A stretch of 63,981 bases of DNA, counting the filler, from Octopus bimaculoides (lineage: Eukaryota): NCBI RefSeq assembly GCF_001194135.2. It is 7 parts of 7 records of this genome, joined end to end, with 100 filler letters (N's around TTAATTAATTAA, not from the genome) between each part and the next. Parts side by side here need not be neighbours in the genome. Positions count along the whole stretch, not along the records: positions 22,747 to 45,975 come from NC_068990.1; positions 46,076 to 51,959 come from NC_068991.1; positions 52,060 to 58,720 come from NC_068997.1; 4 more parts are not named here. One strand, given 5' to 3'. A program made the position numbers and the translations under genes. Shown here piece after piece: positions 41,454 through 54,332 of the stretch (its first letter is position 1; every line of letters starts with the position of its first letter). The notes below the pieces were generated by a model. The model was not told the DNA's origin. It searched no databases and saw only the letters and a list, made by a program, of their open reading frames with translations.

Positions 41454-42017
41454 GGTAGGTAGGTAGGTAGGTAGGTAGGTAGTAAGTAGCATCTGAATAT
41501 GTCTTGTAAACCTTATTTTTATCGCTACACATTTGGCGGTATTTATGAAAGTCGATATTGGTACACGGTGATCTATGCATTCCGTGCATATCATTATATA
41601 TGCATATATCAACTGTATTTTTTCCCGTGTACATTAATGTATATATGTATATTTGTATATGTATGCATTTGTATTTGACTACGTCCGACTATCGTTCTCT
41701 CTGAGTGACTTAACTGTGAAGGTTACTCTGTATTATTCATTGAAGTTCCAGTAAAATTAGCCTTGTGTGAGGACAACTGATGAAAGTCGTTTGTCAACAA
41801 TGACTGTCATCAATACTGCTTTTGTCATCACTAACAATACAGATACAAAGCAGGGGAGATTGTAGGGAATCAGAAGACAAACATGAATCGAAGAGTGATT
41901 TGGGAAAGAGGAAAGGATTTCAGAAAAATGAGGGCAAAATTAAAAACATATAGAGAATGTAAGAATGATAACGGAAAGTGGGAGAAAAAAGACTGAATTA
42001 ATGAGAGAGAGAGTGTG

Positions 42018-42109
<92 letters not shown>

Positions 42110-42400
42110 GGGCAGATAGATGGACAGATGAAATGCTAAGAGGAGTTGAAAGAGAAAATGAAACAATTACGTAGTAAAGGGCAGATTTAGAGAGAAAGAG
42201 GAAAGAGAGAAAAACATGTTTATATACAGAAGAGAAAAGAAAATTGAATTGAGCTGAATAAACAAGATTATGCAGAGTGAAAAAAAATAACAAAATGATA
42301 GAGATTGGGGAGAGCGCGGTAAAATGTCGGGAATCTCGTTTTGAAAGTAAAATCAGAAACTGATTGTTTTTTGTGTCGTGAAGTTTAGACACGTGTGTGC

Positions 42401-42440
<40 letters not shown>

Positions 42441-43469
42441 ATGTGTATATATATATATATACACAAACACATTTATATACATTCGAGTGTGTGTGTGTAT
42501 GTGTGCGAGTGAGGGAGCTACGTGTGTAAGGAGAGAAAGAGGAATGACAGGAAAGATCAGAAGATGCAAGAGAGAGGAGGTTGAAAACAAAGACAGGGAA
42601 CGACAGACAAAGATAGAGAGGGTGATGAAAAATCAAATGATGTGGCCGAGAGTGAGGAAGACACGTTTTGGAAGAGGGTGAGTGTGAATAAGGGATATAG
42701 GAAGTAAGAGAAAGCGAAAGTGAAAGTAAAATGTGACATGAATAACAGGAATAAGAGACAGGAAAACAAGTTGCAAGAACAATGATGGCGGTAACATTGT
42801 CAGGTTCAGCAACAACAACAAATCTAGCAAAAACAATATTCACACTAGCTGCAATAAAAGCCGAAACGTCACAAAGAAACATAGAAGCACGAAGAATTTG
42901 AGTAGACCTAGTTATAACAACAATAACAAAAACAAGATCTGCAAGTATAATAACAACAGCTGTCGCTATTATTTATCACTGACTGCAGTATGAACAGGAG
43001 AAGAGGCTGACCCAACAAAATAGTATTCAAAATTAGTCATAATACCAGTATTAACAGCAAGAACAAGAACAAGGAGAACAATACCGCAAATAGTAATCAA
43101 CAATAGGTGCTGCATATAGAAACAGCAACGTGTACAGCGATAGCGAACATAACAAAGAATATCTATAACACTATAACAACAACACCGACAAGGATAATGC
43201 TCAATAACATTAACCACAACGTATAATAACAATGGCGTGAGTGTTAGTTATGAAAACATGTAGAAGTGTAAATTTACAGTAGATCCAAGCGTGACAAAAC
43301 CCGAAACAATAAAACATGTCAAGAAAAATAGACAAAGCACTGTCTCAAATAATGAACATAACAGCAAAAATGGAAATCCAGGTCACGGTGATCAGAAAAG
43401 CTAATGAAATTGTAAACATTCGAAACATTAATACCGGTTATGACGTCAGTTCTTCACTGAAAAAGGTGG

Positions 43470-43655
43470 CCGGCAATTTTGAGGGGTTGCGATATTGATT
43501 ACATCGACCCCAGTACTATGTAGGTCAGTTTTTTAATTATTTTGTCAACCCCGAGTGGATGAAAAACAAAGTCGACCTCGGCGGAATATGAACTCACAAC
43601 ATGATGATGGACGAGATTTCACTAAACATTTTATTCAGCGTGGTGACGATTCTGC
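43470..43655 (-). mobile_element. SINE family B
   Basis: AAAGTCGACCTCGGCGGAATATGAACTC; ACATCGACCCCAGTAC. Confidence 0.8.
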
Positions 43656-44190
43656 TAGTTCGCTGCATTAACCTTGTATTCAATAATAATTTGTTCAGTT
43701 AATTAGAAGATGATTAAGGACACTCATATAATTAATTTATCCATCCTAGATTGCTAGAGTCAATATTCATCGCAGCAAAATTTGAATACAAAATGGTTCG
43801 TTGTACTCTGTCGCAGCAGCCATTTCAATGAAATTGTGCTGACATACACTTAAATGGATACAAAAATGTATCGCATATTACTCGGCTTTCTTTTATAAGT
43901 TTGAGCCTTTGCGTTGCGACCATACAAATATTTACATGTAGGTAAGTATGAACATGGTATGTCAGGAATTGCTTTGCTTGTTTTGTCTCAAAAGCATCAT
44001 AAGTAAATAAATGAATAAAATAAAAAAAGTAAATAAAAAGGTTTAAACCATTCACTCGATTATGCATAAGGTGTGAAATATTAGAAGCGATATGTTGGAC
44101 TGAGACGCCTAAACAGAAGAGGTCCGGTATACTCATAAGATCGTGGCTGTATTAAAAAAGTATTGCAATGTTAATCCTTCCTACTTTATA

Positions 44191-44273
<83 letters not shown>

Positions 44274-44765
44274 GATTCAGTCTGGCATTATCCGCACAGC
44301 TCGAAGTAAGGTGAATAAAAAGCAAATAAATAACAAGGATGTGAAAGAATTAAGGCATTACGACCGTTTCGTGCAGCTCCTTATAATCGAACAATGCAAG
44401 CATTAAATTAGACTGAAATACACCGCCATCTTCGGATGCTAAAACGTAGGTGTCCAACAGACAGGATACTCCAATATAAATTTTATTTGCTAAAAATTAT
44501 AATGGAGTATCCTTACGAAGAATAAGTCCTGCGGTTGATTTGTTCAACTAAAGGCCGTGCTCCAGCATGGCCGCAGTCAAATAACTGAAACAAATAAAAG
44601 AGGAAAAGTATGTTATATTTTATTATATTATACATATACTGAGATCCGTGTCTACATTTATATTAAATATACCGTTTGTGAAACTAAACATTGAAATTTT
44701 GTTAGAATTGTCACACAAACACACACACACTTATACATGCATATATCTAAGCATACGTGTTTATC

Positions 44766-44825
<60 letters not shown>

Positions 44826-45479
44826 TGTGTGTGTGTGTGTGTTTGAATGTCAGTTGTAGCATCAGGAGCTCATTATATTGAATTTCCTAAACGGTATAAA
44901 ATATAGTCATTGATGTAATATTATAACATTGAAGTTTACAACTATAAATATTTAGTTTCTTTCGTGAAGAGATGTCATTGTTGTTTACGCCGGTCTCAGC
45001 GTCTCTCCGTGAGTGTCTGTCTGTTCTGCATGTAACCCTCACCCTATCTCAGTCTTATCATCTCTCTTATTCTTTCTTCTAGTCTTCTTCCTCGTCGTCT
45101 TGTCCCTCCTCCTCCACAACCTACACCCCATATATTCTTCTTTGCTGTTCACTTTCTATTACATATTCTTATTATTATTGTCGTTGACAGATATATTTAT
45201 ATATTTATTTATTCATCTGTTTATATATTCATTATATACTTTTTTATACTTCTAAATTGTAACCCGAATAACGGAATACCGGAATTTTTTAACGTGAGAC
45301 AACAAGCCTGGTGGTATCTATTCCGCTTCTTTAACTTCTGGGTTCAAATTAATCTGTGATGAACCGTACCTCTCATCCTGTGAGGGTGGGGCGTCACTAA
45401 AGTAAAGTATGTGTAAAGTAGTGGAAAATTCATGTAATCGCCGATACTCCTCCCGCTCCAAGTAGCTAATAACGTGCCT

Positions 45480-45695
45480 TTGTTCCAAATTTTGGCACAA
45501 GGTCAACAATTTCGGAGGAGGGGGTAAGTGGATTACAACAGCTCCAGTACTCAGCCAGAACTTATTTTATCGATCTCGAAAGAATGAACGGCAAGGTCGA
45601 CATCAGTGGAATTTGAACTCAGAACGTAAAAAATGATAAAATGCCGCTAAGCATTTTGCTCGGCGTGCTAACGATTCTGCCAGCTCGCTGCTTTG
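45480..45695 (-). mobile_element. Full SINE family B
   Basis: Head (reverse complement) AAGCAGCGAGCTGGCAGAATCGTTAGCACGCCGAGC at ~45695. Confidence 0.85.
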
Positions 45696-45716
45696 TGTAG
45701 TCAATATTATTATTAT

Positions 45717-45975
45717 TCAGTAGTTTTATTTTTATAACGTGCTTTCACTTCACTACCGAGCGCAGCTCTGTGCGCCTTGGGTATGTGCTGTGGTTTGCTG
45801 TGGTGCTCTTATGTTTACTGTATTGAAAGTGTTTTGCGTAGAATGTGTGCAGTACCCATTAGTGCAATTTTCTGTATGTTATATATATTTGTAAGTCCTG
45901 GTGTTTTTGTTATGTATTTGTCTGAATATTTTTTTATTATACCTAAGGCACCTACTATGATAGGAATTGTTTCTG
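45717..45975 (-). mobile_element. Young R4/Dong-type LINE 3' end (cut by a gap)
   Basis: 2 differences from 51634-51892 by eye; preceded by (ATT)n. Confidence 0.92.
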
Positions 45976-46082
45976 NNNNNNNNNNNNNNNNNNNNNNNNN
46001 NNNNNNNNNNNNNNNNNNNTTAATTAATTAANNNNNNNNNNNNNNNNNNNNNNNNNNNNNNNNNNNNNNNNNNNNCAGACAC

Positions 46083-46113
<31 letters not shown>

Positions 46114-46329
46114 AACAGGCATATATGTATAAATGTATATGAGAATAGCTCCATCTGTCTATCTATCAGTGAAGGCAGTTGTCCGTTGGCTCGTGTGCAA
46201 GGCTCACGATCAACCACACTTTCGTGGATGGCACATTGTATCTCTGAGCAAAACATATATTCCACATTATTTCAATATACTCTGCTAAAATTGCATTTAC
46301 AGCCTGCAATGCCAGGCTCAATGGGCGGT

Positions 46330-46632
46330 AGAGTAGCAAGAAGACGATTATGTAGGCTCATGACTACATCGTTGCACTCGGCCGGTTACGACGACGGGTG
46401 TTCTAATTGACCCGATCAACAGAACAACCTGCTCGTGAAACGGAAACAGGAAGAAAAAATGAGAGAAAGTTGTGGTGAAAGTGTACAGCAGAGTTCGTTA
46501 CCACCCCACTGCCGGAGCCTCGTGAAGCTTTAGGTGTTTTCGCTCAATAAACACTCACAACGTCCGGTATGGGAATCGAAACCGCGATCCTATGACCGCT
46601 GCCCTAACCATTGGGCCATTTCGCCTCAACCA
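46330..46632 (-). mobile_element. SINE family A with internal deletions
   Basis: Reverse complement GAGGCGAAATGGCCCAATGGTTAGGGCAGCGG...TTCGATTCCCATACCGGACG... Confidence 0.85.
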
Positions 46633-47300
46633 TAACTACATAGCGACTTATGGCAATTAGCAAAAAACATATATACGTTCCCATGTGACAGCTACCTTTT
46701 ACACACACACAATCATATACATGCGCGGGCACACATATATAAGTACGTTTCTCTCTGTATGTGTGTGTAAGTATATCTGTCTGCGTGTGGATTCCTAATG
46801 CAGGCAGAATATATGTATGAACATCCACCTTATTGGACTATAGAATACAGCAACATATTTAATGATTAATAAAGATTAAGAAAAGAAGCTCAAACGGAAA
46901 TATGCTAAATATTGCCCAAAATGCAAAAACGATATTTTTATGTAAAAGCTTCTCATTGCATTATACGCAGACACATGCATATACATACACACGTATGTGC
47001 GTGCGTACATTTCCAGACACACACATACTTACATAAAAGTGCGCGTGCACACAGAAATACACACACATGCTTCTAAAATGTATATAAAACTGGATCCCAT
47101 TAGGCTATATATATGGTCTGTGATAAAGACATATTTATAATAATTACGTTATTCAGATAACATATACATAATATTAGATAATATTTTGCGTGTTGCGAGT
47201 AGATGATTTCGATCTTCATAAATTGCTTCTGAGAGGTTCTACAAGCCAATTGATATTAAAAGTAATATATATATATACACATTTATATTACTTTTAATAT

Positions 47301-47336
<36 letters not shown>

Positions 47337-48082
47337 CTNNNNNNNNNNNNNNNNNNNNNNNNNNNNNNNNNNNNNNNNNNNNNNNNNNNNNNNNNNNNNN
47401 NNNNNNNNNNNNNNNNNNNNNNNNNNNNNNNNNNNNNNNNNNNNNNNNNNNNNNNNNNNNNNNNNNNNNNNNNNNNNNNNNNNNNNNNNNNNNNNNNNNN
47501 NNNNNNNNNNNNNNNNNNNNNNNNNNNNNNNNNNNNNNNNNNNNNNNNNNNNNNNNNNNNNNNNNNNNNNNNNNNNNNNNNNNNNNNNNNNNNNNNNNNN
47601 NNNNNNNNNNNNNNNNNNNNNNNNNNNNNNNNNNNNNNNNNNNNNNNNNNNNNNNNNNNNNNNNNNNNNNNNNNNNNNNNNNNNNNNNNNNNNNNNNNNN
47701 NNNNNNNNNNNNNNNNNNNNNNNNNNNNNNNNNNNNNNNNNNNNNNNNNNNNNNNNNNNNNNNNNNNNNNNNNNNNNNNNNNNNNNNNNNNNNNNNNNNN
47801 NNNNNNNNNNNNNNNNNNNNNNNNNNNNNNNNNNNNNNNNNNNNNNNNNNNNNNNNNNNNNNNNNNNNNNNNNNNNNNNNNNNNNNNNNNNNNNNNNNNN
47901 NNNNNNNNNNNNNNNNNNNNNNNNNNNNNNNNNNNNNNNNNNNNNNNNNNNNNNNNNNNNNNNNNNNNNNNNNNNNNNNNNNNNNNNNNNNNNNNNNNNN
48001 NNNNNNNNNNNNNNNNNNNNNNNNNNNNNNNNNNNNNNNNNNNNNNNNNNNNNNNNNNNNNNNNNNNNNNNNNNNNNNNNNN

Positions 48083-48133
<51 letters not shown>

Positions 48134-48589
48134 CACTCACGCACACACCATCACACAGTCACAAACATACGTACACACAAACATACGTACACACACACAT
48201 GTATGCGTTTTTCATTTTATTTCAAATCCGAAAAAATGCAGATTTTAAGAAATCATACAAATCTACGGCATATACTTTTACCTTGAAGTTCTATATTTCG
48301 AGTTATAACACCTTCTTCAGGACATCTTCGGAGAAATGATGTTGTGAGCTGACTTCTCTGTTCCATAGTTTATTCAGCAACATGTGTATATATATGACGG
48401 TTCCGCTTAACAGTTTCACTCATACGGCATCTGTCGAGACACTTGCCCAAAGTATTACACAGTGTAACTCAACCTGAAACCATGGGTTGCAAAGCGAGTT
48501 TGTAAACCACACTGCCATGCCACCCTCTGTTCAGTTTATGTTTCTTGCACAGCATCCAGGGTACTATCCACGTAACATAATGACTACAC

Positions 48590-48750
48590 CTAAGGCGGCG
48601 AGGGGGCAGAATTGTTAGCCTGTAGGACAAAATGCATAGCGGCCGTATTAACTTTTTGAGTTCAACTTCCACCGAGGTCTACTTTGCCTTTCATCCTTTC
48701 GGAGTCGATACAATAAAAATCGGTCAAAATTACAAGCCTTGTGCCCAAAC
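48590..48750 (+). mobile_element. SINE family B (partial deletions)
   Basis: AAGGCGGCGAGGGGGCAGAATTGTTAGC...GCCTTTCATCCTTTCGGAGTCGATA. Confidence 0.8.
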
Positions 48751-49340
48751 TAGAAAGCTGCTCTTTTTGTCACACGGCATCCGCTTACAATGTGATTTAC
48801 CGCTTCTCGTTTCGTTCCTCATAGTTTACATGTTGGTGATTTTAAAGTTTTGTTGATGTTATATCTCACATAACTAATTCATAACTTTCATGCATTTATG
48901 CTGCACATATGAAGGCTTGAGTTTCGACCACAAGGTCTCATCTTCGCATCCATTCTGAAGGCACTTGCTTATCTCGTCCATTTTCATGCCTCTTATATAT
49001 TGGCCATGGATCATTTTACCCATTCAATTTTTCTCTCTGTCACTTCTATTCATTTTCTTATAATCATTCTTTTCAATGGTCTGTTAAATGCCATATTGTT
49101 TTATTTATATCAGCCAAGGTTCAACATTGTTCTTTATATACTCAACACGATTGCTTTCTCTTCATTTTATGCTGTTTTCACAGCTTATCAAACCTCTTTC
49201 ACTTCTTACGTGATATACCATTTGATATACCATTTGTGAGCGATGCATTTCCTCTTATAACATTCATTTTCCTAATCCCTTCAATATTTCATTTGATAAA
49301 CCACAGCGTCGAAATATCCCACGTTTTATTATTGTTGTTG

Positions 49341-49387
<47 letters not shown>

Positions 49388-49728
49388 TTAAGGCAACGAA
49401 CTGGCAGAATCGTTAGCATGCCGGACAAAATGCTTACCGGCATTTCGTCCGCCTTTACGTTCTGAGTTCAAATCAAATTCCGCCGAGTCGACTCTGTCTT
49501 TTATCCTTTCGGGGTCGATAAATTAAGGACCAGTTGCGTACAGGGGTCGATCTAATCGACTGGCTCCCTCCTACCTAAACATTTCGGGCCTTGTAGAAAT
49601 ATTATTATTATTACCAATTATCAGTACCAGGCACGCAATGGGGTCGATGTGATCGACTTAATCCCTTTGTCTGTCTTTGTTTGTCCCCTCTATGTTTAGC
49701 CCCTTGTGGTCAATAAAGACATAAGACA

Positions 49729-49785
<57 letters not shown>

Positions 49786-50010
49786 CTTCTTCTCATCCTC
49801 TAATTCTCTTTATACTTCTTACTCATCCCCTAACCATACTTTTATTTGCCCTGGCATTGTCCATTTACTGGCAGAATCGTTAGCTCGATGGACGAAATAC
49901 TTAGTGGTATTTCTCCTGTTGTTACGTTCTGGGTTCAATTTCCGCCGAAGTCGACTTTGCCTTTCGCCCTTCGGCATCGATAAAATAAGTACCAGTTGAA
50001 TACTGCAGTC
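49388..50010 (+). mobile_element. Cluster of three + strand SINE B pieces separated by (ATT)n (49388-49600, 49620-49718 with the alternative tail, 49866-50010)
   Basis: Repeated B central block; two tail types visible. Confidence 0.85.
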
Positions 50011-51118
50011 GATGTGTGTGTGTGTGTATGTGTATGTATAAAACTGTCCATGTCTTTGTCACTTTATTCATTTTCAATCTATCTATCTATCTATCTATCC
50101 AACTATCTATGTGTATATAGTTTATATAAGTTATTCACTGTTTATAAAGTAACTTTATATACCATGTAGAGCCGTAGCAACACAATTCTCATTTAAGAAA
50201 GATAATAATTTCAACTAAATTTCTTACATCTGTAAAGAAGTCAAATGCTATATAACTAGCAGTGCATGCAAATTTTTCTCTCTACAGTCTTGGAAATAAA
50301 ACTTAGTGAAGAAATTATCAAAATGTAATAATTATATAAGGAAATTTATATAAAATTGGAACTAGGAAACCTGATTGGAGGCTACCATCGCTATTGATGT
50401 ATATCTGCAGATAGTAATCTTTCAGTTTCTTATCAATATATTGCTTCATAGGGAAATATCTAACGATTAACAGTTGAAATATATTAGCTCAATAAATAAC
50501 TGCCTTCGGGTCATAAGTAAAAAGATAGCATCAAGAATATCCCTCGAGAGACCAGTTTAAATATTGCAGGAAAGATCAGATTCAAGACAGGCAGGTCGAA
50601 GGTAATCAATTGAAAGATAATAATCTATAGACAATAATTTTACTTTTCTTTCACAGAATATCTTACATATAAGCGGATTGAAATAGTATTGGAAAATAAA
50701 CTTAATCTGTTTGAAACCAAAAGTATTCAGTGAGCCAGCGGTTATCCATATTCATCTATTGTTAGGTGGATTTGAGAAAACTTTCTTGTGGATAAGGTGA
50801 TTCTATGTAACGTATAATATATCTATAAGAGGATTTGAGTCAAGCACTGTGAACCAATGAATCTGTTCTAATCAAATACATAGTTTCTGGTATTTAAAGA
50901 GCTCAGATTTTACTCAGCGTGATATCTGTATCGAAGCAGGAGAGCTATGCCCTTTGTGGTTAAGTTCATGTTTTCAAGGAAGGCCACGCAGTAACGGTTT
51001 CATGATAAATGCACTTACACTTTCGGCTTTTTGTACCTATCTTAAATGAGTGTGATAGCTCTAGTCCACATCAAGTGATATTCATATGGGATGTGCAAGA
51101 GAAAGAAATCATTACCCA

Positions 51119-51315
51119 TAGGCGCAGGCATAGCTGTGTGTGGTAAGAAGCTTCCTTTTCAACCATGTGGTTCTGGGTTCAGTCCCACTGCGTGGTATCT
51201 TGTGCAAGTGTCTTCTACTATAGCCTCGCGTCGACCAAAGCCCTGTGAGTGGATTTGGTAGACGGAAACTGATAGAAGCCCAAAATTTCAGGCCTTGTGC
51301 TTATAAGAGAAAGGA

Positions 51316-51317
<2 letters not shown>
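51119..51317 (+). mobile_element. Full SINE family C joined to a family B 3' tail
   Basis: GGCGCAGGCATAGCTGTGTGTGGTAAG...GGGTTCAGTCCC...GATAGAAGCCC|AAAATTTCAGGCCTTGTGC...(ATT)n. Confidence 0.85.
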
Positions 51318-51373
<56 letters not shown>

Positions 51374-51390
51374 TATTATTATTATTATTG

Positions 51391-51608
51391 AAGCGGCGAG
51401 CTGGCAGAATCGTTAGCACGCTGGACGAAATGCTTAGTGGTATTTCCCCCGTTGCTATGTTCTGAGTTCAAATTCTGCCGAGGTCGACTTTGCTTTTCTT
51501 CCTTTCTGGGTCGATAAATTAAGTACCAGTGAAACACTGGGGTCGATATAATCGACCAGTCCCGCCCCTCCCCCTAAATTTCAAGCCTTATGCCTTCAGT
51601 AGAAAGAT
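51391..51608 (+). mobile_element. Full SINE family B between (ATT)n tracts
   Basis: AAGCGGCGAGCTGGCAGAATCGTTAGCACG ... CAGTAGAAAGAT(ATT)n. Confidence 0.9.
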
Positions 51609-51633
51609 ATATTATTATTATTATTATTATTAT

Positions 51634-51959
51634 TCAGTAGTTTTATTTTTATAACGTACTTTCACTTCACTACCGAGCGCAGCTCTGTGCGCCTTGGGTA
51701 TGTGCTGTGGTTTGCTGTGGTGCTCTTATGTTTACTGTATTGAAAGTGTTTTGCGTAGAATGTGTGCAGTACCCAGTAGTGCAATTTTCTGTATGTTATA
51801 TATATTTGTAAGTCCTGGTGTTTTTGTTATGTATTTGTCTGAATATTTTTTTATTATACCTAAGGCACCTACTATGATAGGAATTGTTTCTGTTTTTAGA
51901 TTCCACATTCGAGTTATCTCTATTTCCAGGTCTTTGTATTTTGAAAGTTTTTCCATTTC
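51634..51959 (-). mobile_element. Young R4/Dong-type LINE 3' end with an intact C-terminal frame
   Basis: EKLSKYKDLEIEITRMWNLKTETIPIIVGALGIIKKYSDKYITKTPGLTNIYNIQKIALLGTAHILRKTLSIQ*, then a ~100-nt 3' UTR and (AAT)n. Confidence 0.93.
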
Positions 51960-52059
51960 NNNNNNNNNNNNNNNNNNNNNNNNNNNNNNNNNNNNNNNNN
52001 NNNTTAATTAATTAANNNNNNNNNNNNNNNNNNNNNNNNNNNNNNNNNNNNNNNNNNNN

Positions 52060-52121
<62 letters not shown>

Positions 52122-52171
52122 CATCATTATTATTATTATTATTATTATCATCATTATTATTATTATTATTA

Positions 52172-52268
<97 letters not shown>

Positions 52269-52290
52269 CATTATTATTATTATTATTATT
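52060..52290. repeat. Long (ATT)n microsatellite; similar tracts at 32763-32822, 33885-33988, 34295-34360, 49330-49388, 49730-49785, 51318-51388
   Basis: Direct reading. Confidence 0.97.
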
Positions 52291-52619
52291 TGTGATGGCG
52301 TGTGGAGGGAAGGGGAATGGTTTAGTTCCTATTTCTGATAGCTCGGATGACCATGACGTATAGTAATACAATAGTCGCTTTACAAGGCATGTGTGTATGT
52401 GTGTGTTTGTGTGTGTATGTGTATGTGTGTTTGTGTAGTTTATTGTGCATGCGTCTAGTTTATTGTGTGTTTCTACTTTATGATGTGTGCGTGTGTCTAC
52501 TTTTTAATGTGTGCACATGTGTCTATTTTGTTATGTGAGTGTCTGTGCGAGTCTGTGTTATCGTGTAAGAACAAGCATATTTATGAGGTACATCACATGA
52601 ACTGCAATCTCTGTCTTGC

Positions 52620-52872
52620 AACATACTGTTGCCCCACTTAACTGCTGCGATTGTTGACTTGGGTTTGACATTACTAAACAATCTTGTAAAACTTGCAAGA
52701 CAAGTGAGGGAAACTCAATGTGGCCTCTCGAAGTGTTAGAAATAGCAGTTAAACTCCACTTCTACTCACCAAAAGAAAAAAAAATTATAAATGTTAGATA
52801 AATAAACTGGTCATGGTTGGAATGTCTAATGATGGCTCTGATCCATCAGGATTGACTTTGAGCTAAACATCA
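52620..52872 (+). mobile_element. Unclassified interspersed repeat (family G); related decayed copy on minus at ~62945-63130
   Basis: Shared TAGAAATAGCAG.. and CATGG(T/C)TGGAATG motifs in opposite orientations. Confidence 0.5.
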
Positions 52873-52937
52873 CCAGTGTACGACACCGGTCGTATAGTGG
52901 TGGAGGGAGGGAAGACGTGCACACACACACACATATA

Positions 52938-53090
52938 TACGACGGGCTTCTTTCAGTTTCCGTCTACGAAATCCACTCACAAAGCTTTGGTCGGCACGAG
53001 GCTATAGTAGAAGACACTTGTCCAAAGTGCCATGCAGTGGGACTGAACCCAGAACCATGTGGTTGAGAAGCAAGCTTCTTACCACACAGC
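52938..53090 (-). mobile_element. Near-full SINE family C
   Basis: TACGACGGGCTTCTTTCAGTTTCCGTCTACG...GGGACTGAACCCAGAACCATGTGG...ACCACACAGC. Confidence 0.9.
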
Positions 53091-54029
53091 AACGATTGTA
53101 ATCAGACTCTGAAAATATCTTAAAGCAAAATTATATTCTCTAATTTAACTAAATTTCTCTACCTGGATTTCACTCGACAGGTTTGAATTGAGTTCTTTCT
53201 CAGCGCAGCAGTGCGGTGACCTTAAGACGGGATTAGTTACATAATCACGAAAGTTTCAGGACCATGCGCTACTCACTGTCACATCGATCAATGAAAATCA
53301 GCGTTTATAACTTTGAAACATAACTGCAGGAATTTATAAGCGTAATTTTCATTTAAAATGTGAAGTTGGAATCGCATAAAGTTGGAATCGCAAAATTGAC
53401 CACCACTAGTAACAGCAGCGCCAATACTATCCCCACCATAGCCAATACCACCTCCACCATAACTCACACGACCAATATTATCACCATCATCCATCACCAC
53501 CTCTACCTCCACTGTCACTATGAAATGACGAAACTTTGAAATCGTTATCTGCATATGCAGTATACCACCATTAAGAAACTCCCTCGTTTATAGTTAAGGA
53601 AGGCGTGGAAGCGAGACCAGAATATTTGTTTGTTTATTCGTTTATCTATTTATGCTGTGCTGTGTTAAGATTAAGGTAAAATACAACCAGACGTACTTGA
53701 CTTGTTACATGAGCCACCGTCGGAGGTTACACTTGACAGAGGATTGTTTCAATAGGCTTATTTCGTTGAAAGAAACGATGGAAACACTCATTAAGACGAT
53801 AGTGGAAGTAAGGAAACGTGAGCTTTTTGATAAGAGAAATGCATATCTCATTGTGTTTCCAAAGCAATTTCTCGACTGAATTGGCGGATGTACTTCAGAG
53901 CAGACTCTATTGTTCTTTAAAAAAAAATCCTTGGGATGGTGGATTGGTGGTATTTCAATATCAATATCGATAATTGTACTGCAGCTAGTGATTATATCAG
54001 ATAAGTTCCATTGTAATGAAATTTATAGC

Positions 54030-54230
54030 GAGGTGGTTTGGTCGAACTGTTAGAGTGGCGGAGAAAAATGCCTTGGGACGTTTATTCTATTGCTTTACGT
54101 TTGAGTTCAAACACCGCCATAAACGAGGTCAACTTTGCTCTTTTCATCCCACCCTACTGGTCAAGTACTAGAGTGAATGAAATCGACTGATCCTCCTCTT
54201 GTGAGAACAACCGGTCTTGTGCTTTAAATA
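54030..54230 (+). mobile_element. Decayed SINE family B
   Basis: CTTTACGTTTGAGTTCAAA...GAGGTCAACTTTGC. Confidence 0.6.
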
Positions 54231-54332
54231 GTATGTTATAGGGTTCATATATGTCTGACAGCGAATCACATCCCCAACTCAGTTTCAATTCTTGCTTACA
54301 ACTATTTCACTTTATGTATATCTAAATGCATG

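Noticed and set aside
41770-41812. CTGATGA followed by a short stem
   Set aside because: No GAAA or cleavage-site half follows.
44354-44398. Minus-strand hammerhead-like arrangement (GCAUUGU...GAAACGGUC GUAAUGC)
   Set aside because: Stem I is plausible, but the core reads UCGAUUA and stem II does not form. At best a dead remnant.
50215-50250. Minus-strand TTCTTTACAG-AT-GTAAGA, a possible 2-nt microexon; plus-strand acceptors at 50287 and 50656
   Set aside because: Splice-like signals alone, with no host gene context or homology.
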